Shown here in pieces: positions 1-9,428 of a stretch of 64,000 bases of DNA (positions are counted from its first letter, which is position 1; each line of letters opens with the position of its first letter). The DNA comes from an uncultured Pseudomonadota bacterium (lineage in GTDB: Bacteria > Myxococcota_A > Polyangia > Fen-1088): assembly GCA_963779495.1 (NCBI GenBank), contig CAVZYM010000004.1, positions 735,205 through 799,204 on the forward strand. The letters run 5' to 3'. A model generated the notes under the pieces. It did not search any database. It worked only from the letters and a program-made list of their open reading frames with translations, and was not told the origin of the DNA. Position numbers and translations under genes: made by a program.

Positions 1-281
1 CGGGTCACGAGCCCACCCGCGACCAGCCGCGTGACCACGACCGACACGGTGCTCTGGTGGGTCAGGGTCCGGTCGGCCAGCTCGTTCAACGACAGCGCCG
101 GCGCCCCGGCCAGCCGCTGCAGAACGAACAGCTGCGCGCCCGACAGGCCCACCCGCGCCTCCGCGTGTCGGGACGACTCGCGCAGAGCCCTGACGATCCG
201 GCGCACGGCGTCGAGGACGCCGCGGGTCGCGGGATCGGCCAGTAGATCCGACGAGGCCGCCGCTTTTGTATTGGTTGCCAT
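1..281 (-). CDS. MarR family transcriptional regulator (C-terminal part lies outside the window)
   Basis: Minus-strand frame from ATG (complement of 279-281) reads MATNTKAAASSDLLADPATRGVLDAVRRIVRALRESSRHAEARVGLSGAQLFVLQRLAGAPALSLNELADRTLTHQSTVSVVVTRLVAGGLVT, a MarR-type winged-helix core. It is absent from the ORF track because it runs off the window edge. Confidence 0.75.
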   Translation of the reverse strand, partial: MATNTKAAASSDLLADPATRGVLDAVRRIVRALRESSRHAEARVGLSGAQLFVLQRLAGAPALSLNELADRTLTHQSTVSVVVTRLVAGGLVT

Positions 282-295
282 TGAATTGGTAACCA
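272..295. promoter_or_regulatory. Imperfect inverted repeat overlapping the marR-like start codon (possible autoregulatory operator)
   Basis: TGGTTGCCA-ttgaat-TGGTAACCA: 9-bp arms with one mismatch and a 6-bp spacer, in an AT-richer patch at the 5' end of the MarR gene. Confidence 0.3.
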
Positions 296-359
296 TACGA
301 ATACCAGGAGTGGCCCGCGCAGCACAAGACGAAGCACAGGGCGCGGACGCGCCGGCCTG

Positions 360-770
360 CTACGGCAGGCGGTCCGAGCCCGAATCGGCCACGTGACGAG
401 GCAAGCCGTCGTCGGTCCGCGCCCAGGCGAGCTTCGACGGGACCCAGATGTGCCGGTCGGGCGCCAGCCGCTCGGCGTCGTCGAGGCTGACCACCGTCAC
501 GTCAATCTCGTCGGGGGAGGCCGCCGCCGCGAAGAAGAGCGACGTGCCGCAGTCGGCGCAGAACCCGCGCTGCGCGGCCGTCGACGACTGCAGCCAGCGG
601 GGCTCCCCATCCCGAATCCGGAAGCCGCTGCGCGCGAACGTCGCCCAGGCGACCGGCGTGGCCCCTACGCTGCGCCGGCACTGGCTGCAGTGGCAGAGGC
701 AGACCACCGACGGCGCGCCCGTCACCTCGTAGACGATGGCGCCGCAGTAGCACTGCCCGAGGGTCATCAC
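360..770 (-). CDS. GFA family (glutathione-dependent formaldehyde-activating / CENP-V-like) zinc protein
   Basis: 136-aa ORF with the GFA cysteine pattern: CYCG, CLCHCSQCRR and FCADCGTSLFF. Confidence 0.85.
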   Translation of the reverse strand: MMTLGQCYCGAIVYEVTGAPSVVCLCHCSQCRRSVGATPVAWATFARSGFRIRDGEPRWLQSSTAAQRGFCADCGTSLFFAAAASPDEIDVTVVSLDDAERLAPDRHIWVPSKLAWARTDDGLPRHVADSGSDRLP

Positions 771-776
771 GTGCCT

Positions 777-1631
777 CTACTTGCCCTTGAAGCTGTCGAA
801 CTCGCGCGCCCGGGGGGCGATCCGCGCCTCCAGCGCCCGGCGCTCCTCCTCGGGCATCGGCACGAAGTCCTCGGCGACCGCCAGGTTCTGGCGCACCTCC
901 GCGATGGTCGTGCAGCCGACGATCACCGTGTCGGCGTAGGAGGCGGCGTAGCGGATCAGCTCGGGTGCGGCGGCCTCGCGCACCAGCTCGCCCGCCGCCA
1001 GCACCTTCATCCCGACGACGCCCATCCCGCGGCGCCGGGCCTCGGCCACCACCGTGGTCAGGAACGGGCGGTGGCGCGCGTCGGACGGGTTGATCGGAAC
1101 CAGCACGCTGTCGAACGGGAACCGGCGCATCGCCTCCAGCAACACCGCCGGATCGTGGTGGCCGGTGAGACCGACGAAGCGGACGCGGCCGTCGAGCTGG
1201 GCGGTCTGCGCCGCCTCGAGCGCCCCGCCCTTGCCGCAGAGCATGTCGACCTCGGCCATCGAGCGGATGTCGTGCATCTGCCAGAGGTCGAGTCGATCGG
1301 TCCCGAGGCGCCGCAACGATTCGTCGAGGAGACGCAGCGACCGATCGCGCGTGCGCTCGTGGGTCTTGGACGCCAGGAACAGGTCGTCCCGCGCGCCCGG
1401 GCCCGCCGCCCGGAACGCCTCGCCGTAGTAGTCCTGGCTCTGCTGATACGCGGGCGCGGTGTCGCAGTAGCGCACGCCCAGACGCAACGCCTCGAGGATC
1501 ACCGGCACCGCCTCGCGCGAGCGACCGGTCGTGCGCAGAACGCCTTCGCCGCCCAGCGACACCGCAGGAACGGCCGTGCCGGTTTTGCCGAGAGGTCGCG
1601 TCGGGATCATGGCGGACGCAGTGTAATCCAA
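777..1631 (-). CDS. Aldo/keto reductase
   Basis: 284-aa ORF: RPLGKTGTAVPAVSLGG, YCDTAPAYQQSQDYYGEAF, LDLWQMHDI, FVGLTGHH. This is typical AKR layout. Confidence 0.9.
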   Translation of the reverse strand: MDYTASAMIPTRPLGKTGTAVPAVSLGGEGVLRTTGRSREAVPVILEALRLGVRYCDTAPAYQQSQDYYGEAFRAAGPGARDDLFLASKTHERTRDRSLRLLDESLRRLGTDRLDLWQMHDIRSMAEVDMLCGKGGALEAAQTAQLDGRVRFVGLTGHHDPAVLLEAMRRFPFDSVLVPINPSDARHRPFLTTVVAEARRRGMGVVGMKVLAAGELVREAAAPELIRYAASYADTVIVGCTTIAEVRQNLAVAEDFVPMPEEERRALEARIAPRAREFDSFKGK

Positions 1632-1750
1632 ACGGCGCTCGGGCCTTTACCGCGGCGGCCGCGCATTTTTCTGGCGGTGTCACCGTCGATCGCGCGATGA
1701 TCCCGGCAGAGCCTGTCGCGCCGTTTGCGACGCCTGCCAGGAGAGACGTA

Positions 1751-3156
1751 ATGCCTAGCCTCGCCTTTCGTTCGGGACTTCGCCCGGGACCACTTCATTT
1801 GGTCTGCGCGCTGGCGCTGGCCGGTACCGTGGCCGCCGCCTGCGGGTCGAACGACCCGGGCGGCGCTCAAGGGGATGCCGGACAGCCGGGGACGGCTGGC
1901 GCCGGCGGCAGGGGCAGCGCGGGCGCCCCCGGCACCGCCGGCGTCCCGGCCCCCAACGGCAAGGGGACGAGCAACCTGTTCGTGACGCTCGGCGGCCGCA
2001 CCCAGGCCGACGTCGACACCAAGGTCACCACCGCCGTGAACCGCTTCTTCGGCATCGGCACCGGCGAGCCCGAGACGCCGACCGTGGCCACCGGGTACCG
2101 CTGCTACTACGAGCTCCCGAACGACACCTCGATGGGCTACATCTGGGCGGCCGACTCGACGACGTCCGCAGCGAGGGGATGTCCTACGGAATGATGATCG
2201 CGGTGCAGATGGACCTGCACGCGCAGTTCGACAAGCTCTGGAAGTTCGCCAAGACGTACATGCAGTCCGGCAGCGCCAGCAGCGGCGCCTGGAAGTACTA
2301 CTTCAAGTGGCAGGGGACGGTTAACCGGCAGCACGCGTCAACTTCGGCAACGACCGGCCCCGCGCCCGACGGCGACGAGTACTTCGCGGCGGCGCTCTAC
2401 CTCGCCGACAAGCGCTGGGGCTCGGCGCGGCGCCTTCAACTACAAGCAGGAGGCCGACAACATCGCGAACGCGATGCTTGCACAACAGCGCCACCGGCGA
2501 CGGCCGCGGCCCCGATCATCAGCGCCAGCCCGAACATGGTCGTGTTCTACCCCCATGGCAGGCTCGGCCACCTTCACCGACCCGAGCTATCACCTGCCCG
2601 CGTTCTACGAGCTGTTCGCCCTCTACGGCCCGGCGGCCGACAGCCGCCAAGTGGCGATCGCTGGCCGCCACCAGCCGCAGCTTCCTGGTCACCTCGGCCC
2701 ACGCGACGACCGGCCTGCACCCCGACTACGCGACCTTCCAGGGCGCGCCGACGACGGCGGCGGCCGGCGACGGTCACAACGAGTTCCGCTACGACGCCTG
2801 GCGCGTGGTGATGAACATGGCGGTCGACTACGCCTGGTTCAGCTCGGCAGCGCCGACGATGAAGACGCAGGTCGAGAAGTACCACGCGTTCTTCGCCAGC
2901 CACGATCGGCGACCGGCAACGTCACCGCCTGCCTGTTTCACCGTCGACGGCAGCAGCGCTCGGGCGGCGGCTCGACCGCGCTGACCGCGACGCTGGCGGC
3001 CGGCGCCCTCGCCTCGGCGCGCGGCCAACCGCGTCAGCCTTCGTCAACAACCTCTGGCTCGTGCAGCCAGCAGTCGGGCAGTACCGCTACTACCAGGAGG
3101 CCGTCTACTTGCTCGGCCTGCTCGCGACCGCCGGCAAGTACAACTACTCCTGGTAG
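1751..3156 (+). pseudogene. Glycoside hydrolase family 8 lipoprotein, reading frame interrupted several times (pseudogene or assembly indels)
   Basis: Lipobox LAGTVAAAC after ATG 1751. GH8 motifs are spread over three frames: (S)RGMSYGMMIAVQ, APDGDEYFAAALYLADKRWG, DPSYHLPAFYELF, GLHPDYATF, EFRYDAWRVVMNMAVDYAW, YYQEAVYLLGLLATAGKYNYSW then TAG at 3154-3156. Confidence 0.8.
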
Positions 3157-3410
3157 ACGCCGGCGGCCGACCCCGCCGCCGGTCGCCGATTCCCGAGGTT
3201 CACGCTATGGCGACTGGGAGCGTCGCGATCCGGCGTTCGCGCGCCGCGCGGGGGCTTCGCGCGACCGGCGGTGCGATTGACCGTCCGCGCGCAGCGAATG
3301 GCAAGCCCCGGCCGCGGCCGTGTACTCGCTCCGCGGGCGGGGCCGCGGAGTCATCCGCTCACGGGTGGAGCCGCTTCGGTCTGACGGTAGCGGCTACCCC
3401 CGCGGCGGCG

Positions 3411-4274
3411 TCAGCCCGCGGTCACTTCGTGCAAACGGACCTTCTCGACGGCGATCGCGCGGCCGAGGATCGCCTCGCCGCGGGCGGCGAACCAGGCGGG
3501 ATCGTCGGTGGTCTGATAGCGGCGTGCCCCGCCCCGTTGAAGGCGCGTCTCCATCTCCGGGTGCCGGCGCAGCCAGTCGGCCAGGCGATCGGCGACGACC
3601 TCGCCCTGCGCGATCACCTCCGTCGCGGGCGGGCAGATCCGGCGGATGCCCGGCAGCAGCAGCGGGTAGTGCGTGCAGGCGAGCAGCAGCCGTTCGGGGA
3701 TCGCCGGCCCTGCGAACAGCGGATCGAGGTACTTGTGCAGGAAGTAGTCGGTCCCGGGCCCCGACAGCTCGCCCGCCTCGACCAGCGGCACCCAGAGCGG
3801 GCAGGCCTGCTGGACCAGCCGCAGCCCCGGCGCCAGCTTGTCGAGCTCGATCCGGTACGAGTCCGAGGCGACGGTGCCGGGCGTCCCGACGATCGCCACC
3901 GTGCCGGTGGTCGGCGCCGGCGGCGTCTCGCCTGGGATCGCGCCCGGCGCCAGCCCCGCCAGCACCTCCGCCGCCGGGCGCACGACGCCCAGGATGCGGC
4001 GATCCGGATGGCGCGCCGGCAGGTACCGCTGCTGCAGCGTCCGCAGCGCCCGCGCCGACGACGTGTTGCAGGCCAGCACCACCAGCGGGCAACCGGCCGC
4101 GAACAGGTGCTCGACCGCCTCGCGCGTGAACTCCAGGACGGCGTCGGGGCTGCGCGTGCCATAGGGGGCGCGCGCGCTGTCTCCCAGGTAGAGGTAGTCG
4201 TAGGCCGGCAGTCGCGCGAGCAGCGACGCAAGCACCGTCAGCCCGCCGAACCCTGAGTCGAAGACGCCAATCAC
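3411..4274 (-). CDS. murI: Glutamate racemase
   Basis: 287-aa intact ORF: IGVFDSGFGGLTVL, YLGDSARAPYG, VVLACNTSS, LLACTHYPLL. Confidence 0.92.
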   Translation of the reverse strand: MIGVFDSGFGGLTVLASLLARLPAYDYLYLGDSARAPYGTRSPDAVLEFTREAVEHLFAAGCPLVVLACNTSSARALRTLQQRYLPARHPDRRILGVVRPAAEVLAGLAPGAIPGETPPAPTTGTVAIVGTPGTVASDSYRIELDKLAPGLRLVQQACPLWVPLVEAGELSGPGTDYFLHKYLDPLFAGPAIPERLLLACTHYPLLLPGIRRICPPATEVIAQGEVVADRLADWLRRHPEMETRLQRGGARRYQTTDDPAWFAARGEAILGRAIAVEKVRLHEVTAG

Positions 4275-4298
4275 CGTTCGTCCGACTCATTTCGTATC

Positions 4299-5098
4299 AT
4301 GGCTTTCGTCCCGATGGCGCCCTCACCGCAGTTCGTCATCGAGATCAGGCTGCGCCGCGAGGAGGTGCCGACCTTCGACGATTATCCGTTCTCGCTGCCG
4401 GCCGTCCGCGGCCTGTTCGAGCTGCGGCTCCACCCGAAGGTCACGTTCCTGGTCGGCGAGAACGGCGGCGGCAAGTCGACGCTGATCGAGGCGATCGCGG
4501 TCGCCTGCGGGTTCAACGCCGAGGGCGGCAGCCGGAACTTCAGCTTCGCGACCCGCGCGTCGCACTCGGAGCTGCACCGCTAGTCTGCGCGTCTGCGCGG
4601 GGCTCCAAGCGCCGCCGCGCGACGGCTACTTCCTGCGCGCGGAGAGCTTCTACAACGTGGCCTCCGAGATCGAGCGGCTCGACGAGGTCCCTGCCGGCAG
4701 CCCGCCGATCACGGACTCCTACGGCGGCAGGTCGCTGCACGAGCAGTCGCACGGCGAGTCGTTCATGGCCCTGCTGCACGAACCGACTCTCGCGGCGACG
4801 GCCTCTACCTCCTGGACGAGCCGGAGGCCGCGCTGTCGCCCAACCGCCAGCTCGCCGCTCCTGGTCCTGCATCGACCTACTGGTCGCAAGGGGGCCGCAG
4901 TTCGTCATCGCGACCCACTCGCCGATCCTGATGGCCTACCCGGACGCCCAGATCTTCCAGGTCGGCGGCGACGCCATCGTTCCCGTCGCCTACACCGACA
5001 CGGAGCACTTCACAGTCACGCGCGACTTCCTCGCGAACCACCGGCGGATGCTCGGCGCTCTCCTGGCTGAGCAGGATCGAGAACCGTCCGACCCCTGA
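4299..5098 (+). pseudogene. Small AAA/ABC-type ATPase (COG3910-like), frameshifted
   Basis: Walker A in LVGENGGGKSTLIEAI (4299-4583 frame). SHGESFMALL is in the 4657 frame. YLLDEPEAALSP (Walker B) and FVIATHSPILMAYPDAQIF are in further frames. Stop TGA at 5096-5098. Confidence 0.7.
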
Positions 5099-5110
5099 CC
5101 TGGGGTCGCG

Positions 5111-5734
5111 ATGCTGGCACGTGCGGTCGGCCGGGAGCGCCCGCGCGCGTCGGGTTACAGTGTCGCGCAAGGTGCTCCTGCCATGACCCCCGCAGACGGC
5201 GACTGGCGACGCCGGGCGAAGCGTCTGTCGCGCGAGCCGACGGTTCACTTCTTCATCCTCGGCGCCCTGCTCTTCCTGCTGCACCACCTGATCGTCGGGA
5301 ACCCGCGGACCATCGTCGTCAGCCCGGGTGTGAAGGCGGCGGTGACCCGTCGCTTTCAGGACCACGCCGGCCGCGCGCCGACCCCGGCGGAGGCCGACGC
5401 GGCGCTGCGTGACTGGAAGCGCGACGAGGCGCTGTTTCGCGAGGCGCTGCGCGAGGGGCTCGACCGGGACGACGCGACGATTCGGAACGTCCTCGTCGAC
5501 AGGATGCGGGCGCGCGCGGCGCTCGAGGCGCCGAAGCACGAGCCGTCGGACGCCGAGCTCGAGGGATGGCTCGCGTCGCACCGCGAGCTCTACGACGTCG
5601 AAGGTGTCCACCCCAGGCTGAGCGAGGTGCGCCCGCGGGTGCTCGCGGACTACACGTTCGCCGCGCGGGAGCGGGCGCTCGCGCGCGCGTCGCAGGCGGT
5701 CGTCGATCGGTATCGCTTCGAGGAGCGACGGTGA
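5111..5734 (+). CDS. Single-pass membrane protein, PpiC/SurA-N-like family often found next to HupE (function uncertain)
   Basis: 207-aa intact ORF with the N-terminal anchor REPTVHFFILGALLFLLHHLIV followed by a helical soluble part. The start could also be the internal Met (MTPADGDW). The stop overlaps the next gene's start (GTGA at 5731-5734). Confidence 0.55.
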   Translation: MLARAVGRERPRASGYSVAQGAPAMTPADGDWRRRAKRLSREPTVHFFILGALLFLLHHLIVGNPRTIVVSPGVKAAVTRRFQDHAGRAPTPAEADAALRDWKRDEALFREALREGLDRDDATIRNVLVDRMRARAALEAPKHEPSDAELEGWLASHRELYDVEGVHPRLSEVRPRVLADYTFAARERALARASQAVVDRYRFEERR

Positions 5735-6702
5735 CGCGGCGGCGCTTCTCCGCCGGGCTGGCGCTGGGGCTCCTGCTGGCGTCGACGGCCGCGTCGACGA
5801 TCGCCTGGGCCCACGAGCTCGACAACGCGTCGCTGACGCTGACCGAGGTGGCGCCCGGGCAGTTTCGCGTCCGCTGGCATTCGAGCTCCACGACCTTGCA
5901 GGGGAGCGCCGCGGTCTTCCCCGCGTCCTGCCGGCTCGAAGGGGGCGTGCTCGACTGCGGGGCGTCGGGGCTGGTGGGGACGATCGCGTTTCCCTGGCTC
6001 GAGGGGAGCACGACCCAGGTCATGGTCGACATCGAGTGGCAGAGCCATGCGCGCCTCCTCCGCGTCCTCACCGCGAGCACCCCGCGTCTGGTCATCTACG
6101 GCCTCCCACCCGCCGGCGGCCTCCGCGCCCTCACGCCCGTCGCCGCGGATTACACCCAGCTTGGTATCGAGCACATCCTGACCGGGTTCGACCATCTCCT
6201 GTTCGTGATCGCCTTGACGCTCCTCGTGCGCAGCGGCCGCGCGCTGGTCGCGACGGTCACCGCCTTCACGGTCGCTCACAGCCTCAGCCTGGCGGCCACC
6301 GTGCTGGGCGTGGTCAGCTTGCCGGCGCCGCCGGTCGAGGCGGCGATCGCCCTGTCGATCGTGCTGGTCTGCGCCGAATGCCTGCGCCCCGCGGACTCAT
6401 TCGCGCGGCGCGCCCCCTGGCTCGTCGCCTTTGCGTTCGGGCTGCTGCACGGGCTGGGGTTCGCGTCGGCGCTGCTGTCGATCGGCCTGCCCGAGACCCA
6501 CGTCCCCGCCGCGCTGTTGTTCTTCAACGTGGGCGTCGAGCTCGGCCAGCTGGGCGCGATCGCCGTCGTCGTCGGCGTCAGGTGGGTCGCGTCCCGCGTC
6601 GGCCTACGGCGCGCCTGGCTGCGCCCCGGTCTCGTCTACGCCATGGGCGCGGTCGCCGCGTTTTGGTCGCTCGAGCGCCTCTCCGCTGTCTTTGTCCGCT
6701 GA
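5731..6702 (+). CDS. HupE/UreJ family metal (Ni/Co) transporter-like membrane protein
   Basis: GTG 5731 gives signal peptide VTRRRFSAGLALGLLLASTAASTIAWA. Motifs GIEHILTGFDHLLFVIALTLLV and FGLLHGLGFASAL. Confidence 0.85.
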   Translation: MTRRRFSAGLALGLLLASTAASTIAWAHELDNASLTLTEVAPGQFRVRWHSSSTTLQGSAAVFPASCRLEGGVLDCGASGLVGTIAFPWLEGSTTQVMVDIEWQSHARLLRVLTASTPRLVIYGLPPAGGLRALTPVAADYTQLGIEHILTGFDHLLFVIALTLLVRSGRALVATVTAFTVAHSLSLAATVLGVVSLPAPPVEAAIALSIVLVCAECLRPADSFARRAPWLVAFAFGLLHGLGFASALLSIGLPETHVPAALLFFNVGVELGQLGAIAVVVGVRWVASRVGLRRAWLRPGLVYAMGAVAAFWSLERLSAVFVR

Positions 6703-6707
6703 CGCGT

Positions 6708-7970
6708 TCATCCGCTGATGCGTTCGCTGACCGCCAGCTCGAACGCCACGCAGTGGTTCGGCTGGGGGGCGCCGGTTACCGAGCCGACGAACGGGTCGCT
6801 GTCGCGCAGCTGCCCCCAGCGCAGCGTCCCGTCGGGCCGCGCGGCGGAGGCGGTCATCGCGTAACCGACGACCACTCCGCGGTCCGGCAGCGGACCGGCG
6901 CAGTCGATCTGCACGGTGTCGCCGTCGATAGCCACGGCGTCGATCGCCAGCGGCTCGTCGCCGGCGTAGAGCTCGAAGCCGCGGCCCCGCGCCCACACGG
7001 CGTGCGCCGGCGGCGGCATCCGCTCGTCCCAGGCGAGCGGCGCCGCGGGGACGGCGAAGCGCACGGCGACCCCACGCCCCCGGCGCACGGCCTCCGTCGG
7101 CTCCAGCGGCCGCCAGCGCTCGCCGCGCACGACGCACTGGAAGTAGGCCTGCCCCAGCTTCTCGCCCAACCGCTCGTAGTCGCGGTTGGTCAGATGCAGC
7201 ACGTCCTCGACGTAGTCGTACTGGTACTTGGGGCCGACGCACACGACGCGCCCCGGGTGGACGACGCCGGCCCACCACTGCGCCACCGTCCCCGCCGCAC
7301 GCGTCCCCGCCTCGGCCTGTCTCGAGTGCTGCTGGGTCACCAGCAGCGGGATCACCACCGTCTGCCCCGTGAGCTGGGCCAGGTCACGCTGGTAGTCGGC
7401 CTGCAGCTGGGCCATGTCGTCGGCGAACGTCTCGCTGTCGGCGTCCGACTCGCCGTGTGTCAGCACGATCGCCCCCACGCCGTAGCGTTTGCCCGCCGCG
7501 GCCGCCAGCCGTGCGACGGCCGCCACCTCGAACAGCGACGCCGCATAGGCGCGGCCGACGGTGCCGGTGTCGACGGCGCCTTTCTGGATGGCGCCGATCG
7601 CCTGCCCCGCCTCCCCGACCTCGGTGTGGACCGTGACGTACGCGCGCGCAAACGCCTGCCTCACCAGCGTCGTGATCTGGTCGGCCATCGCGTGGTGGAA
7701 CGACTGCCCGTAGAGGTTGTGCGGATAGACGCTCGGATAGCTGGTCGCCAGCGGCCGCAGCGGCTCGGTCAGCGGCACCAGGCTCAGCCCCGGCTGCGTG
7801 GGATCGAGCGGCGGCACCCGCGCCGTCCCCAGCGCCAGCTTGAGGTTGCCGTACCGCTGCTGCGTCCCGCCGAATGGCCGTTCGGGCATGTCCCCGTGGC
7901 CACCCACGGCCAGGCTCTGACCGGTCCCGACGACGCTGCTCCAGTCCCAGTCCAGCGTGCGGTCCGACAT
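6708..7970 (-). CDS. SGNH / sialate-O-acetylesterase-like (DUF303-type) carbohydrate esterase, paralog A
   Basis: 420-aa intact ORF with SGNH-like blocks GTGQSLAVG, VGEAGQAI, LTHGESD and a (E)DVLHLT (D-x-x-H) block. It is a tandem paralog of the next gene. Confidence 0.65.
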   Translation of the reverse strand: MSDRTLDWDWSSVVGTGQSLAVGGHGDMPERPFGGTQQRYGNLKLALGTARVPPLDPTQPGLSLVPLTEPLRPLATSYPSVYPHNLYGQSFHHAMADQITTLVRQAFARAYVTVHTEVGEAGQAIGAIQKGAVDTGTVGRAYAASLFEVAAVARLAAAAGKRYGVGAIVLTHGESDADSETFADDMAQLQADYQRDLAQLTGQTVVIPLLVTQQHSRQAEAGTRAAGTVAQWWAGVVHPGRVVCVGPKYQYDYVEDVLHLTNRDYERLGEKLGQAYFQCVVRGERWRPLEPTEAVRRGRGVAVRFAVPAAPLAWDERMPPPAHAVWARGRGFELYAGDEPLAIDAVAIDGDTVQIDCAGPLPDRGVVVGYAMTASAARPDGTLRWGQLRDSDPFVGSVTGAPQPNHCVAFELAVSERISG

Positions 7971-7997
7971 CGCGGCGAGTGTCGCGTATCCCGGCGG

Positions 7998-9230
7998 CTA
8001 CGGCACGGGCATTTCGAACGACACGGCGTAGTTCGGCTGTGACCGTCCGGTGGCCGCGCCGACGAAGGGATCCCCGTCGCAGAGCTGCCCCCAGCGGTAG
8101 GCGCGCGACAGCATGGAGAGCTGCCGGCCCCCGCTGGTGATGGCGTAGCCGACGACCAGCCCGGTGGCCGGCAGCTCGTCGGCGCAGGTGATCCGGACGC
8201 TGTCGCCGCCGACGATCGCGACGCCGCCGATGTCGAGCTTGGTGGCGCCGGCCCGCACCTCGAAGCCGCGCCCGCCCGGCCACGCCAGCGGCGGCTCGAT
8301 CGCGTCGTCCCAGCGCAGCGGCGGGACCGGCACGTGAAAGCGCACGGTGATGGTCCGCCCGTCGCGCGCGACCCCGATCGGCTGCAGAGGGCGCCAGTCG
8401 TGGCCGCGGACGATCCGCTGGTAGTAGACCTGCCCCGTCTTCTCGCCCAGCTGCTGGTGGCCGAGCGCCGACAGGTGCACGCCGTCGCCGTCGCCCATCA
8501 GGTGGTACTTCGGGCCGGTGCAGACGAAGTCACCCGGGCGGTCGACCCCCAACCGCCACTGCACCTGGTTCGACAGCGGCCGCTTTCCGGCGTCGCTGGG
8601 GAAGGCGAACTGCTGCGAGAGGAACATCGGGATCCTCGCCGTCTGCCCGGTGATCGCCGACAGGTCGGCGTTGTAGTCGGCCAGCAACCTGACCAGCGCG
8701 TCGCCGTAGCCGCTGTTGCCCGAATCGGTCTCGCCGTGGGTCAGCAGCACCATGCCGATGCGGTAGGCCTTGCCCTGCGCGCGCGCGAGGCGCGCGATCG
8801 CCGCCACCTCGAACAGCGACGCCGCGTAGGCGCGTCCCGTCGGTCCCCGCGTGTCGCCCGGGTGCTTGCCGATCGCCTCGATCCCCTGACCGCTCTCGCC
8901 GACGGCCGTGGGCACCGTGATGTAGTCGTCGCCTGGGTCAGCGCCCCGCACCAGGCTGGTGATCTGATTCGCCAGGGCCGCGTAGCCGGTCTCGCCCCAG
9001 ATGTTGCCGGGATACGGCCGGGGGAAATCGCGCCCCTCTGCCCGCATCGGCTCGACGAGTGGCACCATCGCCAGCTCGCCCACCTCGGGATCCCAGGGCG
9101 GCACGGCGGCCGCGCCGAGGGAGAGCATCAGGTTCCGGTACGGTTGCGTCGTCGTCAGCGCCGGCGCGGCACCGACCGACAGGCTCTGTCCGGTGGCAAC
9201 GACGCCGACCCAGTCCACCTCCGCGCTCAT
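7998..9230 (-). CDS. SGNH / sialate-O-acetylesterase-like (DUF303-type) carbohydrate esterase, paralog B
   Basis: 410-aa intact ORF: ATGQSLSVG, VGESGQGI, LTHGETD, DGVHLS. It aligns along its full length with 6708-7970, for example RAYAASLFEVAA(V/I)ARLA. Confidence 0.65.
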   Translation of the reverse strand: MSAEVDWVGVVATGQSLSVGAAPALTTTQPYRNLMLSLGAAAVPPWDPEVGELAMVPLVEPMRAEGRDFPRPYPGNIWGETGYAALANQITSLVRGADPGDDYITVPTAVGESGQGIEAIGKHPGDTRGPTGRAYAASLFEVAAIARLARAQGKAYRIGMVLLTHGETDSGNSGYGDALVRLLADYNADLSAITGQTARIPMFLSQQFAFPSDAGKRPLSNQVQWRLGVDRPGDFVCTGPKYHLMGDGDGVHLSALGHQQLGEKTGQVYYQRIVRGHDWRPLQPIGVARDGRTITVRFHVPVPPLRWDDAIEPPLAWPGGRGFEVRAGATKLDIGGVAIVGGDSVRITCADELPATGLVVGYAITSGGRQLSMLSRAYRWGQLCDGDPFVGAATGRSQPNYAVSFEMPVP

Positions 9231-9285
9231 GGCCGAAGAGCGGGTCGCGGGACTCGCAAGCGGGAGGGAGCCCGGCGGGGCGGGC

Positions 9286-9378
9286 TCAGCCGCAGACGGT
9301 GACCGACAGGGCGTCCAGCGAGATTTCGTAGTGGCCGTGAGCGTTCCACGGGACGATCACGCTGGCACACAGGTACAT
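9286..9378 (-). CDS. Candidate small protein (30 aa), MYLCASVIVPWNAHGHYEISLDALSVTVCG
   Basis: Unannotated ATG..TGA ORF between the AraC-type regulator and esterase B. 27 of 30 codons end in G/C while second positions are only about 43% GC, a coding-like periodicity. There is a weak purine-rich stretch (GGAAAGACGG) upstream. Confidence 0.25.
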   Translation of the reverse strand: MYLCASVIVPWNAHGHYEISLDALSVTVCG

Positions 9379-9428
9379 CACCGTCTTTCCATTCCCGCCT
9401 GGAGCTGTCTCATTTCTGGCGGCGCCGG

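Noticed and set aside
4299-5098. The small AAA/ABC-type ATPase as a possible defence-system component (Gabija, Septu or OLD-like).
   Set aside because: It has no nuclease or partner gene adjacent and is frameshifted. The motif set (Walker A, SHGES, LLDEPEAALSP, THSP) fits the widespread stand-alone COG3910-type ATPase rather than a recognised defence ATPase.
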